Shown: positions 55,942 to 64,000, numbered from the stretch's first letter. The stretch: 64,000 bases of DNA from Desulfatiglandales bacterium (GCA_963666345.1 OY762721.1:1280001-1344000); one strand, 5' to 3'. Program-made: numbers and translations. The notes: generated from the sequence alone by a model not told the origin.

Positions 55942-56595
55942 CTATCTGCGTTCCCCGAAAAGCCTTGTTCCTATCCGCACCAGATTCGCCCCTTCTTCAA
56001 CGGCGATCCCGTAGGAATTGGACATCCCCATGGAAAGATATCTCATATCAACGCCCGAAATACTCAACCCCCTGATCTTTTCAAAGATAGCCCTTGTCCT
56101 GACGAAATAGGGACGCGCCTGTTCAGGATCACCGGCATAGGGCCCCATGGTCATAAGACCCTCTATCTTTATACCCTTTAGACCGGCGATCTCCCTTATG
56201 AAGGATACGGCATCAGCCGGCATTACACCCGCCTTCTGGTCTTCTTCACCGCTGTTTATCTCCACGAGCACCGGCATTATCCTGCCCGAGCTCAGGCAGG
56301 CCTTATCCAGTGCCTTGGCAAGTTTCATGGAATCAAGGGTCTCTATCATATCAAAGAGTTGAACGGCCTTTCTGGCCTTGTTGGACTGAAGATGCCCTAT
56401 CATGTGCACCCTGGCCCTGGCTGCGATCGTCTCAAAATCCTTTTCAGCCTCCTGGACATAGTTATGTCCCACCATCTTTATCCCCGCCTCAATCGCCTCA
56501 ATCACCTCTTCGGTCGACCTCGTCTTGGCGGCCGCCACAAGCCCCACCCCTCTGGGCAGCATGGACAAAATCTCTCTTACGTTTTCTTTTATCAT
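55942..56595 (-). CDS. yggS: YggS family PLP homeostasis protein
   Basis: AAKT, NYVQE, HMIGHLQSNK, LSMGMS, VRIGT. Confidence 0.93.
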   Translation of the reverse strand: MIKENVREILSMLPRGVGLVAAAKTRSTEEVIEAIEAGIKMVGHNYVQEAEKDFETIAARARVHMIGHLQSNKARKAVQLFDMIETLDSMKLAKALDKACLSSGRIMPVLVEINSGEEDQKAGVMPADAVSFIREIAGLKGIKIEGLMTMGPYAGDPEQARPYFVRTRAIFEKIRGLSISGVDMRYLSMGMSNSYGIAVEEGANLVRIGTRLFGERR

Positions 56596-56829
56596 GGAAT
56601 ACCTCCGGATGATATCTTGATACTTTAAATCTCCTTACCTGTAAAGTGCCTCATTAAATATCCGCAATGAACTCCGCATTCAGGGAAACTCGGTGCAACA
56701 GGCGGCCTGACATCCGGTCGGAACTGAAGATTATTTCCCGACCGTAGAGGAACCGGTCCGTGCCGGATATTGATATTCAGGCCGGTCCATGATAGTTTAG
56801 GTAAAAAGATTTTTTTGGAGGGTTTCAAG

Positions 56830-57264
56830 ATGACTCATGAAGACAAAGGGCATTTCAGCAAAAAACACCCTGAAGGGCTGGAAATCATACCCGAGATTGC
56901 CGAGGCGATAAAACAGAAGGCATCCGACGGCACCATAACATGCGCCGCGGCCCACGGTATCGCAAAGGAACTGAACCGGCCTCCTTCCCTGGTCGGCATG
57001 AATATAGATTTTCTGGAGTTGTCCCTCTCAAAATGCCAGCTCGGACTTTATGGATACGGCCCTGGGAAAAGGATAGTCAAACCGGCTGAAACGGTCTCAG
57101 ATGAGCTTGAGACCGCCATAAGGGATTCTATTGTCGACGGCAGGGTCCCATGCATCTCTTTGTGGAATATAGCTGAAAGGTTCGGGATAAAAAAAATGGA
57201 TGCGTCATCGGCCTGCGACGCCCTCAAGATAAAGATAAAGCCCTGTCAGCTTGGGGCCTTTTAG
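56830..57264 (+). CDS. Hypothetical protein with two tandem Cys-containing modules
   Basis: DG.I.C..A..IA......D...CQLG.Y repeated as DG..PC.....IA....D...CQLGAF; GGAGG RBS. Confidence 0.75.
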   Translation: MTHEDKGHFSKKHPEGLEIIPEIAEAIKQKASDGTITCAAAHGIAKELNRPPSLVGMNIDFLELSLSKCQLGLYGYGPGKRIVKPAETVSDELETAIRDSIVDGRVPCISLWNIAERFGIKKMDASSACDALKIKIKPCQLGAF

Positions 57265-57290
57265 CCCGCCTCACAAACCGGATAATGCAT

Positions 57291-57326
57291 AAAAAAAGGC
57301 CGACAACCAATTTGTCGGCCTTTTTT
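57291..57326. terminator. Bidirectional intrinsic terminator
   Basis: AAAAAAGGCCGACAA-CCAAT-TTGTCGGCCTTTTTT between convergent genes. Confidence 0.85.
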
Positions 57327-57351
57327 GAAAATTATTCCTAAAACTCAAACA

Positions 57352-57666
57352 TCAGCAGCTACATGACTGCCCACATGAGCCCCCCTGCGGAAGAGAGGAG
57401 CTTATCTGAAATCCTGCGCCGAATGCTGAGTTCACGTAATCCACTTTTATCGGCTTTACCTTGTTATAAAGGTCTTTTTCCACAAGATAGGAAAGCCCCA
57501 TGGAATCAAATACCTCATCTGTTTCTTTTGGCTCATCCAGAACCATGCCCAGGCTGGGCCCGGATCACCCGCCTTGGGAAAGCATGATCCGGATATGAGG
57601 TATTTCCTCTTTCTCCTTGAGAAACTCCTTGATCATCTCACTGGCCTTTTCTGTCACTTCAAACAT
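57352..57666 (-). CDS. HesB/IscA-like selenoprotein (UGA at codon 34)
   Basis: GGAGG RBS, MFEVTEKA...IRIMLSQGG-TGA-SGPSLGMVLDE...SCGQSCSC, 104 aa in one frame. Confidence 0.88.
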
Positions 57667-57714
57667 GTTAGATTCCTCCAATCTATGCTATTTGGCTATA
57701 GGAAATGAAGTTAT

Positions 57715-57735
57715 ACATGATTATCATGTTGTCAA
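57715..57735 (-). promoter_or_regulatory. TTGACA -35 element followed by a 7-1-7 palindrome (Fur-box-like)
   Basis: Minus strand TTGACA then ACATGAT-A-ATCATGT upstream of the HesB-like gene. Confidence 0.5.
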
Positions 57736-57941
57736 CTAATTGTTTTTGACCGGCCGGAGATGACTCAGTTTTTTTGTCCTGTTCTTTTTCACCCTGAATA
57801 CCGGCGCTCGAGCATCGGCACTATTTTTTCCGCCTTATCAAATAAAATGATTCAGGGACCAGGGAGAAAAATCCGTTTTAGCGATTAATACCAAATTTCC
57901 TTGTTTTTTCAGGTCTTCTATGACACATGCCGCACGCCTCA

Positions 57942-58268
57942 TTACGCCTCTAATAATCGTCGCTGCAGAAGGGTTTGCATGTCACGACGGCCATCTGCAA
58001 TCAGCAGAACATAGACCTTCTTATCCATGACCCGGTAAATGATACGATAAGGTTTGAAAAAGATCTCGCGGTATTCTCTGATCCCCAGTTTCAGAAGTTC
58101 TTCTGGATAGATACCCCGCTCGGGGAATTCGGACAACATGGACAAGGTTTTCTCAATCCGTTCTAAAACACAGTCCGCTTTTCGAGGCGAATCATGCACG
58201 GCAATGTAATCATAAAGCTCATTGAGATCGCGTTCTGAGTCTCTGGTCAGCAGGACCGCGAACGGCAT
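57942..58268 (-). CDS. RelE/ParE family toxin
   Basis: DL.E..DYIA, L.EFPERG, YRE....PYRIIYRV, DGRRD; TGATG overlap with antitoxin. Confidence 0.88.
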   Translation of the reverse strand: MPFAVLLTRDSERDLNELYDYIAVHDSPRKADCVLERIEKTLSMLSEFPERGIYPEELLKLGIREYREIFFKPYRIIYRVMDKKVYVLLIADGRRDMQTLLQRRLLEA

Positions 58269-58543
58269 CACCGATTCTCGCGCCGTTCGCGAAGGCCATT
58301 GATCACACCCTCAGCCGGTAAAACCTTGCCTTCCTCAATCTGACGTACTCCGAGTGACAGAATTTTAAGGAGAGCAATAGTCTGCTGGGTCTGCTCATAG
58401 CTCTCGATGTCTTGTATGACCACCTTGGCTTCGCCGTTCTGGGTGATGACAAGCGGCTCTTGCTGTCTGGAAAGGTTTCTTACAATTTCAGCGGCATGGG
58501 CCTTCAGGTAGCTGATGGGCCTGATCTGGTTTGAATATTTCAT
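58268..58543 (-). CDS. Phd/YefM family antitoxin
   Basis: IRPISYLKAHA, PLVITQNGEAK.V. Confidence 0.9.
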   Translation of the reverse strand: MKYSNQIRPISYLKAHAAEIVRNLSRQQEPLVITQNGEAKVVIQDIESYEQTQQTIALLKILSLGVRQIEEGKVLPAEGVINGLRERRENR

Positions 58544-58565
58544 GAGGGTACCTCCTTCTCTGGCA

Positions 58566-58601
58566 GGACTTAATATAGTCCATAAACAGGTCATATGTCA
58601 A
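58566..58601 (-). promoter_or_regulatory. Sigma70-like promoter and autorepression palindrome of the phd-relE pair
   Basis: TTGACA-18-TATATT; GGACT-N6-AGTCC overlaps the -10. Confidence 0.55.
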
Positions 58602-58716
58602 ACCTCAAAAAAGGTATACCCGGCACTTGTGGATCAGGGGTCACGCAAAGGCGTGACTTTGCAAACACCCGGCAGGGGGGTGTAATTCCACCCCGCTGGT
58701 TCTCTGCCATGCCCGT

Positions 58717-58785
58717 CACACATGCTTCGCATAACCGGACGGCAATGGAGCGAAGCGCAGGTCCGTGTTGATGCGGCTGTCAGCA
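58717..58785 (-). other. Degenerate integron attC-like site
   Basis: TGCTGAC-5nt-CATCAACA..hairpin..GGTTATG-6nt-ATG (GTT expected); extra C at L'' position 4. Confidence 0.6.
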
Positions 58786-58995
58786 ATCTGCTGAAAATCC
58801 TTCGTGAAACAGGACAGTGCCTTGAGGTATTTTACTCTTTCAACAATACTGCCGGCAGTGCCGTGCTTTTCAATGCCGAATTGCTCCCCCACCCCTGTTT
58901 CAGGGTATCATTTCGTAAACGTCTCAGAAGACAAGGGCATTTCCATGGGCATACGTGAAAAGTTAATTCTCTAATATTATCTGCGAACTTGTTTT

Positions 58996-60198
58996 TTATT
59001 CGTAATTATTCAGGGCATTACAGATTCGTTTCATGCCTTCGGCCGCTACACTCCTCGGACATGCCAGATTGAGCCTGATGTAACCATCCGAATTGGAAAC
59101 AAACATGTTTCCGCCTTCCAACAGTACGCCGGCGCGGTTGGCAAAAAACAGGCAGTAGTCCTCTGATGCGGGTAAATATTCTTCGATGTTGACCCAGGCC
59201 AGGTAGGTGGCTTCAGAAACACGGTATCCGGCCCTGGGCAGGTGTTCCGGAAGATACCGCCGCACAAACTCGAAATTGCCGTCCAGATAGTCCTTCAACC
59301 GGGCCAGCCATTCGCCCCCGTGGGTATAAGCGGCCTGAGCGGCTGCCACGCTGAGCGGATTTTCAAGGCCGTAATGTCTTGCCTTCCATGTCTTTCTCAA
59401 GCCGTCGCTCGGGATGATGACGTTTGAGATCATCATCCCCGCCATATTAAAGGTCTTACTGGGGGCCATGCAGGTGATGACGCGATCCGTCTCTGGAAAC
59501 AGCTTTGCAAGGGGTATATGAGTCATACCGTTACGCAGCAGATCGCAGTGGATTTCATCGGATATGATCCATACGTCGTTGGTCAGGCAGATTTCGCCCA
59601 TTTTTTTCAGTTCATCCTTTGTCCAGACACGTCCGGTAGGATTATGAGGGCTGCAGAAGATACACACCCGTACCTTTTCGTCCCGGGCAAGACGTTCGAA
59701 TTCCTCAAAATTCATGGTATAGCGGCCGTTTTCCTCTATCAGGTAAGAAGAGACCAGCTCGATATCGTTGTAGTCGGCGGCGTTTTTGAAATAGGCATAA
59801 GACGGAGTGAATATTATCACCTTGTCATCAGGCCTGCAGATGTATTCCACCAGTTCATACAAAGCCGGGATTATGCCGTTTGATGTTACGAGGGTGTCAG
59901 GGTCAAATTCCCAGCCGTACATTTTTTTCGACCAGGTGAGAAAAGCTTCTGTATATGCAGGGTCAAAAATTTTAGTATAGCCGAAGATCCTGCGGTCCAG
60001 CCGTTCCTTGACGGCCCGGATGATCTCCGGAGGTGTAGCAAGCTCCATATCCGCCACCCACATACGAATGAATTCCTCATCCTTAAACGGAAACTCCATT
60101 GTTGGAGGGGCTTTTAAGAGAGAATCCCTGAAGCCGTCCATGCTTAATGCATTGGTATTTCTGCGGTCTATGATTTCATCGAAATTGTATTTTACCAT
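58996..60198 (-). CDS. MalY/PatB family PLP-dependent cystathionine beta-lyase
   Basis: MWVADM, CSPHNPTGRVW, SDEIH, APSKTFN, TYLAW, RLN.ACP. Confidence 0.92.
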   Translation of the reverse strand: MVKYNFDEIIDRRNTNALSMDGFRDSLLKAPPTMEFPFKDEEFIRMWVADMELATPPEIIRAVKERLDRRIFGYTKIFDPAYTEAFLTWSKKMYGWEFDPDTLVTSNGIIPALYELVEYICRPDDKVIIFTPSYAYFKNAADYNDIELVSSYLIEENGRYTMNFEEFERLARDEKVRVCIFCSPHNPTGRVWTKDELKKMGEICLTNDVWIISDEIHCDLLRNGMTHIPLAKLFPETDRVITCMAPSKTFNMAGMMISNVIIPSDGLRKTWKARHYGLENPLSVAAAQAAYTHGGEWLARLKDYLDGNFEFVRRYLPEHLPRAGYRVSEATYLAWVNIEEYLPASEDYCLFFANRAGVLLEGGNMFVSNSDGYIRLNLACPRSVAAEGMKRICNALNNYE

Positions 60199-60586
60199 AA
60201 TATCTTCTCTCTTTAATCATATGCAGAGCCTGATCCCTTCATCTTTTTATGTTTGAGCAAGTAATTCCCTCGCATTCCAAGATTGATGTTGAAATGACCT
60301 ACATGCCTTTCGCACAATACATCCTGACTGGATTGACAGATGAACCCATCGTTATGAGCAAGACATTAGAGCACTAAACTCATCACTGCCGGTAAAGGGT
60401 CGGCATGATTCTTCAATTTGAAAAAAATATTCAGATATCCGGATATTGGTAGTGATCCCCCTCTTCTGGAAGAAATTGAATCATGTAGGGAATCGCAGGC
60501 ACCCATTAAAGACATCTAATGAGTTCTCCCCACAGCCGGCTTCGGAGTTTACAGGCGCATTGCAAAAAGGAGGCATCGTAAGCGTA

Positions 60587-60657
60587 TGTGTTAAATCTGG
60601 CTGACTTGTTATTACGGTCGAGCGGAATAGCAATCAATGTTCAGTGCCATGCTGGGC
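60587..60657 (-). other. Second, more decayed attC-like site overlapping the higA 3' end
   Basis: GCCCAGC-5nt-ACTGAACA..TTGCTATT/AATAACAA stem..GTCAGC; R' not recognisable. Confidence 0.45.
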
Positions 60658-60984
60658 CCTGGATTCAGCCAGGCTGATCTTATGGGGCGCAATCGGCTTG
60701 ATATTCTTGAGTTCATCTGTCTCAGATTCATGAGCAAAATACAGATCCCACCTAAGCTGCAGATTCATCCAAAATTCTGCAGAAACACCAAAAAATCTGG
60801 AAAGTCTTAACGCGGTGCTCGGAGTTATCCCGCGCCTACCATTAACAACCTCGTTTATCCGCTGATAGGGCACATGAATTGCGTCAGCTAATTCACGCTG
60901 AGTGAGCCCCATTGGCTTTAAAAATTCCTCCATAAGCATCTCACCGGGATGTGTAGGTGCTCTATGGGTTGGTATACGAATCAT
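60634..60984 (-). CDS. higA: HigA family antitoxin (HTH-XRE)
   Basis: HPGEML.EEFL.P, IT..TALRL..FG.S.EFW.NLQ. Confidence 0.92.
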   Translation of the reverse strand: MIRIPTHRAPTHPGEMLMEEFLKPMGLTQRELADAIHVPYQRINEVVNGRRGITPSTALRLSRFFGVSAEFWMNLQLRWDLYFAHESETDELKNIKPIAPHKISLAESRAQHGTEH

Positions 60985-61003
60985 TTTCAATTCTCCTTAA
61001 AAT

Positions 61004-61297
61004 TTAATGGTAATCAGTAATCTCAACATTATCCGGACCAGTTTCAGTCCATTTGAAACAGATCCTGAACCGATCGTTTATTCGGATACTAAATTGGCCC
61101 TTCCTTTTTCCAGAGAGAGTCTCCAGCCTGTTTCCAGGCGGCACTCGAAGTTCATCAAGAAACAGAATGGAATCGAGCTGGTCAAGTTTTCTTGAGGCTA
61201 TTTTCCAGACTGTCTTAGGGCAGACTCTCATCGCGGCTTTACTTGACTTTCCGTTAAAAATATCCTCTGAGCCTTTATTATTGAAGGACTTTATCAT
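61004..61297 (-). CDS. higB: HigB family toxin
   Basis: MIKSF, RKLDQL, PPGNRLE.L.G...GQ.SIRIND..RICF.W, DYH. Confidence 0.92.
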   Translation of the reverse strand: MIKSFNNKGSEDIFNGKSSKAAMRVCPKTVWKIASRKLDQLDSILFLDELRVPPGNRLETLSGKRKGQFSIRINDRFRICFKWTETGPDNVEITDYH

Positions 61298-61355
61298 GGA
61301 ATCACAATATCACGGTCACCATGCTATATCAATATAATTCATCCTGGTAATATAG

Positions 61356-61475
61356 ACGACCAATCCGGTTTTACAGGTATCAAGCCCCTATGGCCCCGGC
61401 CCTTAGTTCCGTAATGGATTCTTCCCGATACAGATTACCCTTGTCCAACGTAAAGTCGATCATTTCATCATTCAT
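61356..61475 (-). pseudogene. 5' remnant of a hypothetical gene, frameshifted and truncated
   Basis: AGGAG RBS; MNDEMIDFTLDKGNLYREESITEL..., then LIPVKPD in another frame, lost before the higB upstream region; family recalled from memory only. Confidence 0.5.
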
Positions 61476-61493
61476 CTACTTCTCCTTTTTCTG

Positions 61494-62189
61494 TCATAAA
61501 TCACATTTAGCAGGCGGGCTGCCTTTAAGGGAGTTGATCGCCCCGGGTTTGCGGGGCGTATCCTTGAACAGATACTTCGAAAGCATGTCGGCCAGCCCGG
61601 AGATGAGCCGCTCCGGCTGCACCGGCGGCCGGGAGATGGTGATCATGTGTACCACCTCCTCCATGGCCAGGCTCACGATGACGGCCGCGGCCTCGACGTC
61701 CTCCACCCGGAGCTTGTCCCGGTAACGGTGGAACCAGCCGACCACCAGCTTCATGTTTTCCTTTTTATACTCGGCGGTCACGGCGGCCACATCCGGATCG
61801 GTAAGCTCCATGGCCGTTGCCTCGCGGTGAAACTCGGGCGACAGGTAGTGCGCGGCCAGGACCGCTTCGATCATTTCCCGCATCCCTTCGCTATGGAATT
61901 TCCCCTGCCTTTCGAGTTCCCGCTGCCTGAGCTCGATGACCTCCGTTACTTCAGTGACATGCCTGCGCATGACCTCAAGGAAGAGCTCTTTCTTGTCCGT
62001 GAAGTAATTGTAGAACGTGCCGATGGAGACTCCGGCCTCGGCCGCGATTTCCTTGGAGTTCGTCCCGTGAAATCCCTTTTGGGCGTAAATGCGCAGTGCC
62101 GCCTCCAGGATGCTTTCCCGGGTGACCAGGCTGCGTTGCTGTTTCGTCTTCCGGCCGCGTTTGTTTTGATTCGATTCCGAAGCGCTCAT
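61494..62189 (-). CDS. TetR family transcriptional regulator
   Basis: ILEAA...A.KG..GT...IA.EAGVS.GTFY.YF.DK.EL. Confidence 0.93.
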   Translation of the reverse strand: MSASESNQNKRGRKTKQQRSLVTRESILEAALRIYAQKGFHGTNSKEIAAEAGVSIGTFYNYFTDKKELFLEVMRRHVTEVTEVIELRQRELERQGKFHSEGMREMIEAVLAAHYLSPEFHREATAMELTDPDVAAVTAEYKKENMKLVVGWFHRYRDKLRVEDVEAAAVIVSLAMEEVVHMITISRPPVQPERLISGLADMLSKYLFKDTPRKPGAINSLKGSPPAKCDL

Positions 62190-62201
62190 ATCAGGCCCAG
62201 C

Positions 62202-62783
62202 TTATGATTTTGTCAGGAGCATGGAATAACTCATGGCCGCCTTGGGGCCTTCCCCGACCGTGAATCCGGCGTCGCGGGCGGCCTGTTTCTCCCGCTCAAA
62301 TTCCCTTGCCGAGAAATGCCCTTTGGGTTCCAGGACCAGAAAACGGGCGCATGGTTTAAGCTGCTCGTAGACGTCCTGGAAAAAAGCCGGGATATCGGGC
62401 ACTTCATGCACCATCCAGCAGGCCAGGGCAAAATCAGCCTGCGTTGAAATGTCCAGGTTTTTGGAGCTGCATCTAAGCGCACGGATCCTCTCACCCAGGC
62501 CGCGTTTGCGGGCCCTTTTGGAAAGAATACTCAGCATCTGCCCCTGCAGATCGACCGAGGTTACGCGGCCCTTTTCTCCCACCATTTCGGCCATGGCAAG
62601 GGAGAAAAATCCCATGCCGCAGCCCAGGTCCAGGACATGCATGTCCTCTTTGACGTACGGGCCGACGATCCTGCGCGGATCGTGAATCAGCCTGCGTAGC
62701 CAGTTGTCAAAGAAATAGCCCTTCCACCAGGTGCACACCGAGTGGTTGCATGGTTCGATCAGGGTTGCCTGCTGTGCGTTCAT
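62202..62783 (-). CDS. Class I SAM-dependent methyltransferase
   Basis: VLDLGCGMGFF, VDLQ..ML, HEVPD, LKP. Confidence 0.9.
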   Translation of the reverse strand: MNAQQATLIEPCNHSVCTWWKGYFFDNWLRRLIHDPRRIVGPYVKEDMHVLDLGCGMGFFSLAMAEMVGEKGRVTSVDLQGQMLSILSKRARKRGLGERIRALRCSSKNLDISTQADFALACWMVHEVPDIPAFFQDVYEQLKPCARFLVLEPKGHFSAREFEREKQAARDAGFTVGEGPKAAMSYSMLLTKS

Positions 62784-62815
62784 ATCTCTCTCCTTTGTAA
62801 AGCGTTGTTTCTAAG

Positions 62816-62867
62816 AAAATATGAACTATAGTTCACCTTGTCAACAAAAAAAATGAACTAGAGTTCA
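62816..62867 (-). promoter_or_regulatory. Promoter with two TetR-type palindromic operators
   Basis: TGAACTATAGTTCA (62822-62835) inside TTGACA-17-TATTTT; TGAACTAGAGTTCA (62854-62867). Confidence 0.75.
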
Positions 62868-62956
62868 GTTTTGTATTAAATAAATTGTAACAGGCTGAGA
62901 TATTTCAGGAAATAACCGACAAAGATGAGCGGGGACTGATGTGTACTTGGCACTTT

Positions 62957-62988
62957 TGCACTTGGGGTCGGGTGCACTTGGGGTCGGG
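62957..62988. repeat. Perfect 16-bp tandem duplication just 3' of the transposase
   Basis: TGCACTTGGGGTCGGG x2. Confidence 0.8.
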
Positions 62989-63427
62989 CCATGACAACCT
63001 ATTGATTACACATGATAATCATTCCAAAAATAGCGGTTTACGAGGCCTATATCGCCGTTTTTAGCCCCAAAATTGACGATATAGGGAGTTACCGGCTCCC
63101 GAAGCTCATATCCATTTCCGGATTGTCTTACTTTTCTGCCAATTGCGGCTCCAAGCAAAAGCGATTTTAAATTTTCAACAAAGGTCTTGCTTCCTACACC
63201 TATGCTATCGGTCCATTTTTCATCTCTCTTAGTTTCTGTGCTTCCAATTGACTCCTCTATCCACTCCTTGTAGTGATTCCTCATTGCTTCATAAGAGTTT
63301 ATTCCAAGCAAGGCCCTCAACTTATCGTATTTTATCAACACATTTTTCTTTTTCGGCTTCTGTATTTCATTGTAACCGCAAAAAGGCCACATTGAAGGGT
63401 GCGTCACTACACCAGCTCTTACCATAT

Positions 63428-63682
63428 TTACCCTGTTAAATAAGATTTTAGCCTTCTTTTTATAAACATTTTACCATGGTGTGTTTTGAGATATTTCTCT
63501 CTTCTGGTTGCGTCCTCTTGGTTAAGGCACGCTTCATAATAAATGAGTCTAAGAGGTCTTCGATCTCGCGTTGAATCTACCAATCCCTTACCGTGCTGTT
63601 CAAATCTTAGTTTGAGATCTTTTATAAATCCAGTGTAGAATTTATCATCATATTCACTTTGCAAAACGTAAACGTAGTACAT
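63428..63682 (-). CDS. Stand-alone GIY-YIG nuclease
   Basis: YYVYVL...FYTG...DL..R...H..G, A..RE..LK. Confidence 0.9.
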   Translation of the reverse strand: MYYVYVLQSEYDDKFYTGFIKDLKLRFEQHGKGLVDSTRDRRPLRLIYYEACLNQEDATRREKYLKTHHGKMFIKRRLKSYLTG

Positions 63683-63709
63683 ATTATTCTCAAACTATTT
63701 AACAGGGTG
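63429..63709. mobile_element. 281-bp inverted-repeat-bounded insertion encoding only a GIY-YIG nuclease
   Basis: TACCCTGTTAAATA (63429-63442) and TATTTAACAGGGTG (63696-63709); excision restores the host frame. Confidence 0.85.
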
Positions 63710-64000
63710 AATATCAACATAGACCAGACACCTTAAAAGATGCTCTCCTTCCTCAATGGCAGTAGCATGATAGCGGTCTTCCCAGAAGGCACCCTTTCTA
63801 TTTTTCCTTTGATTGTATTCCTGTCCTGTTCTGCCGGCTATCAATTTGATGGATTTCGGGATAACATCCCTTTCTCCATCATCTGATGCTATCAGGTGTA
63901 TATGGTTTGATGTTACAGCGTAATTAAGGATAGTTAACCCGTAACGTTTTCTTGCCTGGTATAGCCAGTAAAGCCAGCGACGTCGGTCTCTGGCAAACTT

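Larger units (their letters stand above)
63006..64000 (-). pseudogene. Y1/HUH (RAYT-like) transposase interrupted by the GIY-YIG element; 5' end outside window
   Basis: Frame from 64000: ..VTSNHIHL..GAFWEDRY..CLVYVDI, resumes NMVRAGVVTHP at 63428. Confidence 0.85.

Overview
Gene-dense chromosomal segment of an anaerobic bacterium. Gene content and order (F1 plus b/b' ATP synthase block preceded by bactofilin, zapA-rny, PxxKW protein) suggest a Desulfobacterota/deltaproteobacterium; this is inference. Positions 1-57.7 kb are mostly housekeeping: a short-chain acyl-CoA cluster, queG, map, rny, zapAB, atp genes, an AmmeMemoRadiSam cluster, nth/xth, tmk-holB-PSP1-metG, xseAB-ispA-dxs-tlyA, hisS-aspS, fumC and a sensor kinase. 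The last ~6 kb is accessory: two type II TA pairs, MalY/PatB, TetR plus methyltransferase, a gene remnant and a Y1/RAYT-type transposase. Highlights the ORF track misses: (1) a 281-bp inverted-repeat-bounded element carrying only a GIY-YIG nuclease, whose removal restores the frame of the transposase it interrupts; (2) two genes with in-frame UGA read as probable selenocysteine, a HesB-like protein and a secreted HMA/MerP-like protein with U-x-x-T; (3) an ArsA/Get3 ATPase with HSP20-like domain, a small partner ending in an IxV motif, and a divergent rhomboid-DnaJ-C fusion; (4) AmmeMemoRadiSam genes with export-signal-like N-termini; (5) a ~55-67 bp element nested in two different MITE-like repeats; (6) two decayed attC-like sites. 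All family calls come from motif recognition by eye; no database search was run.
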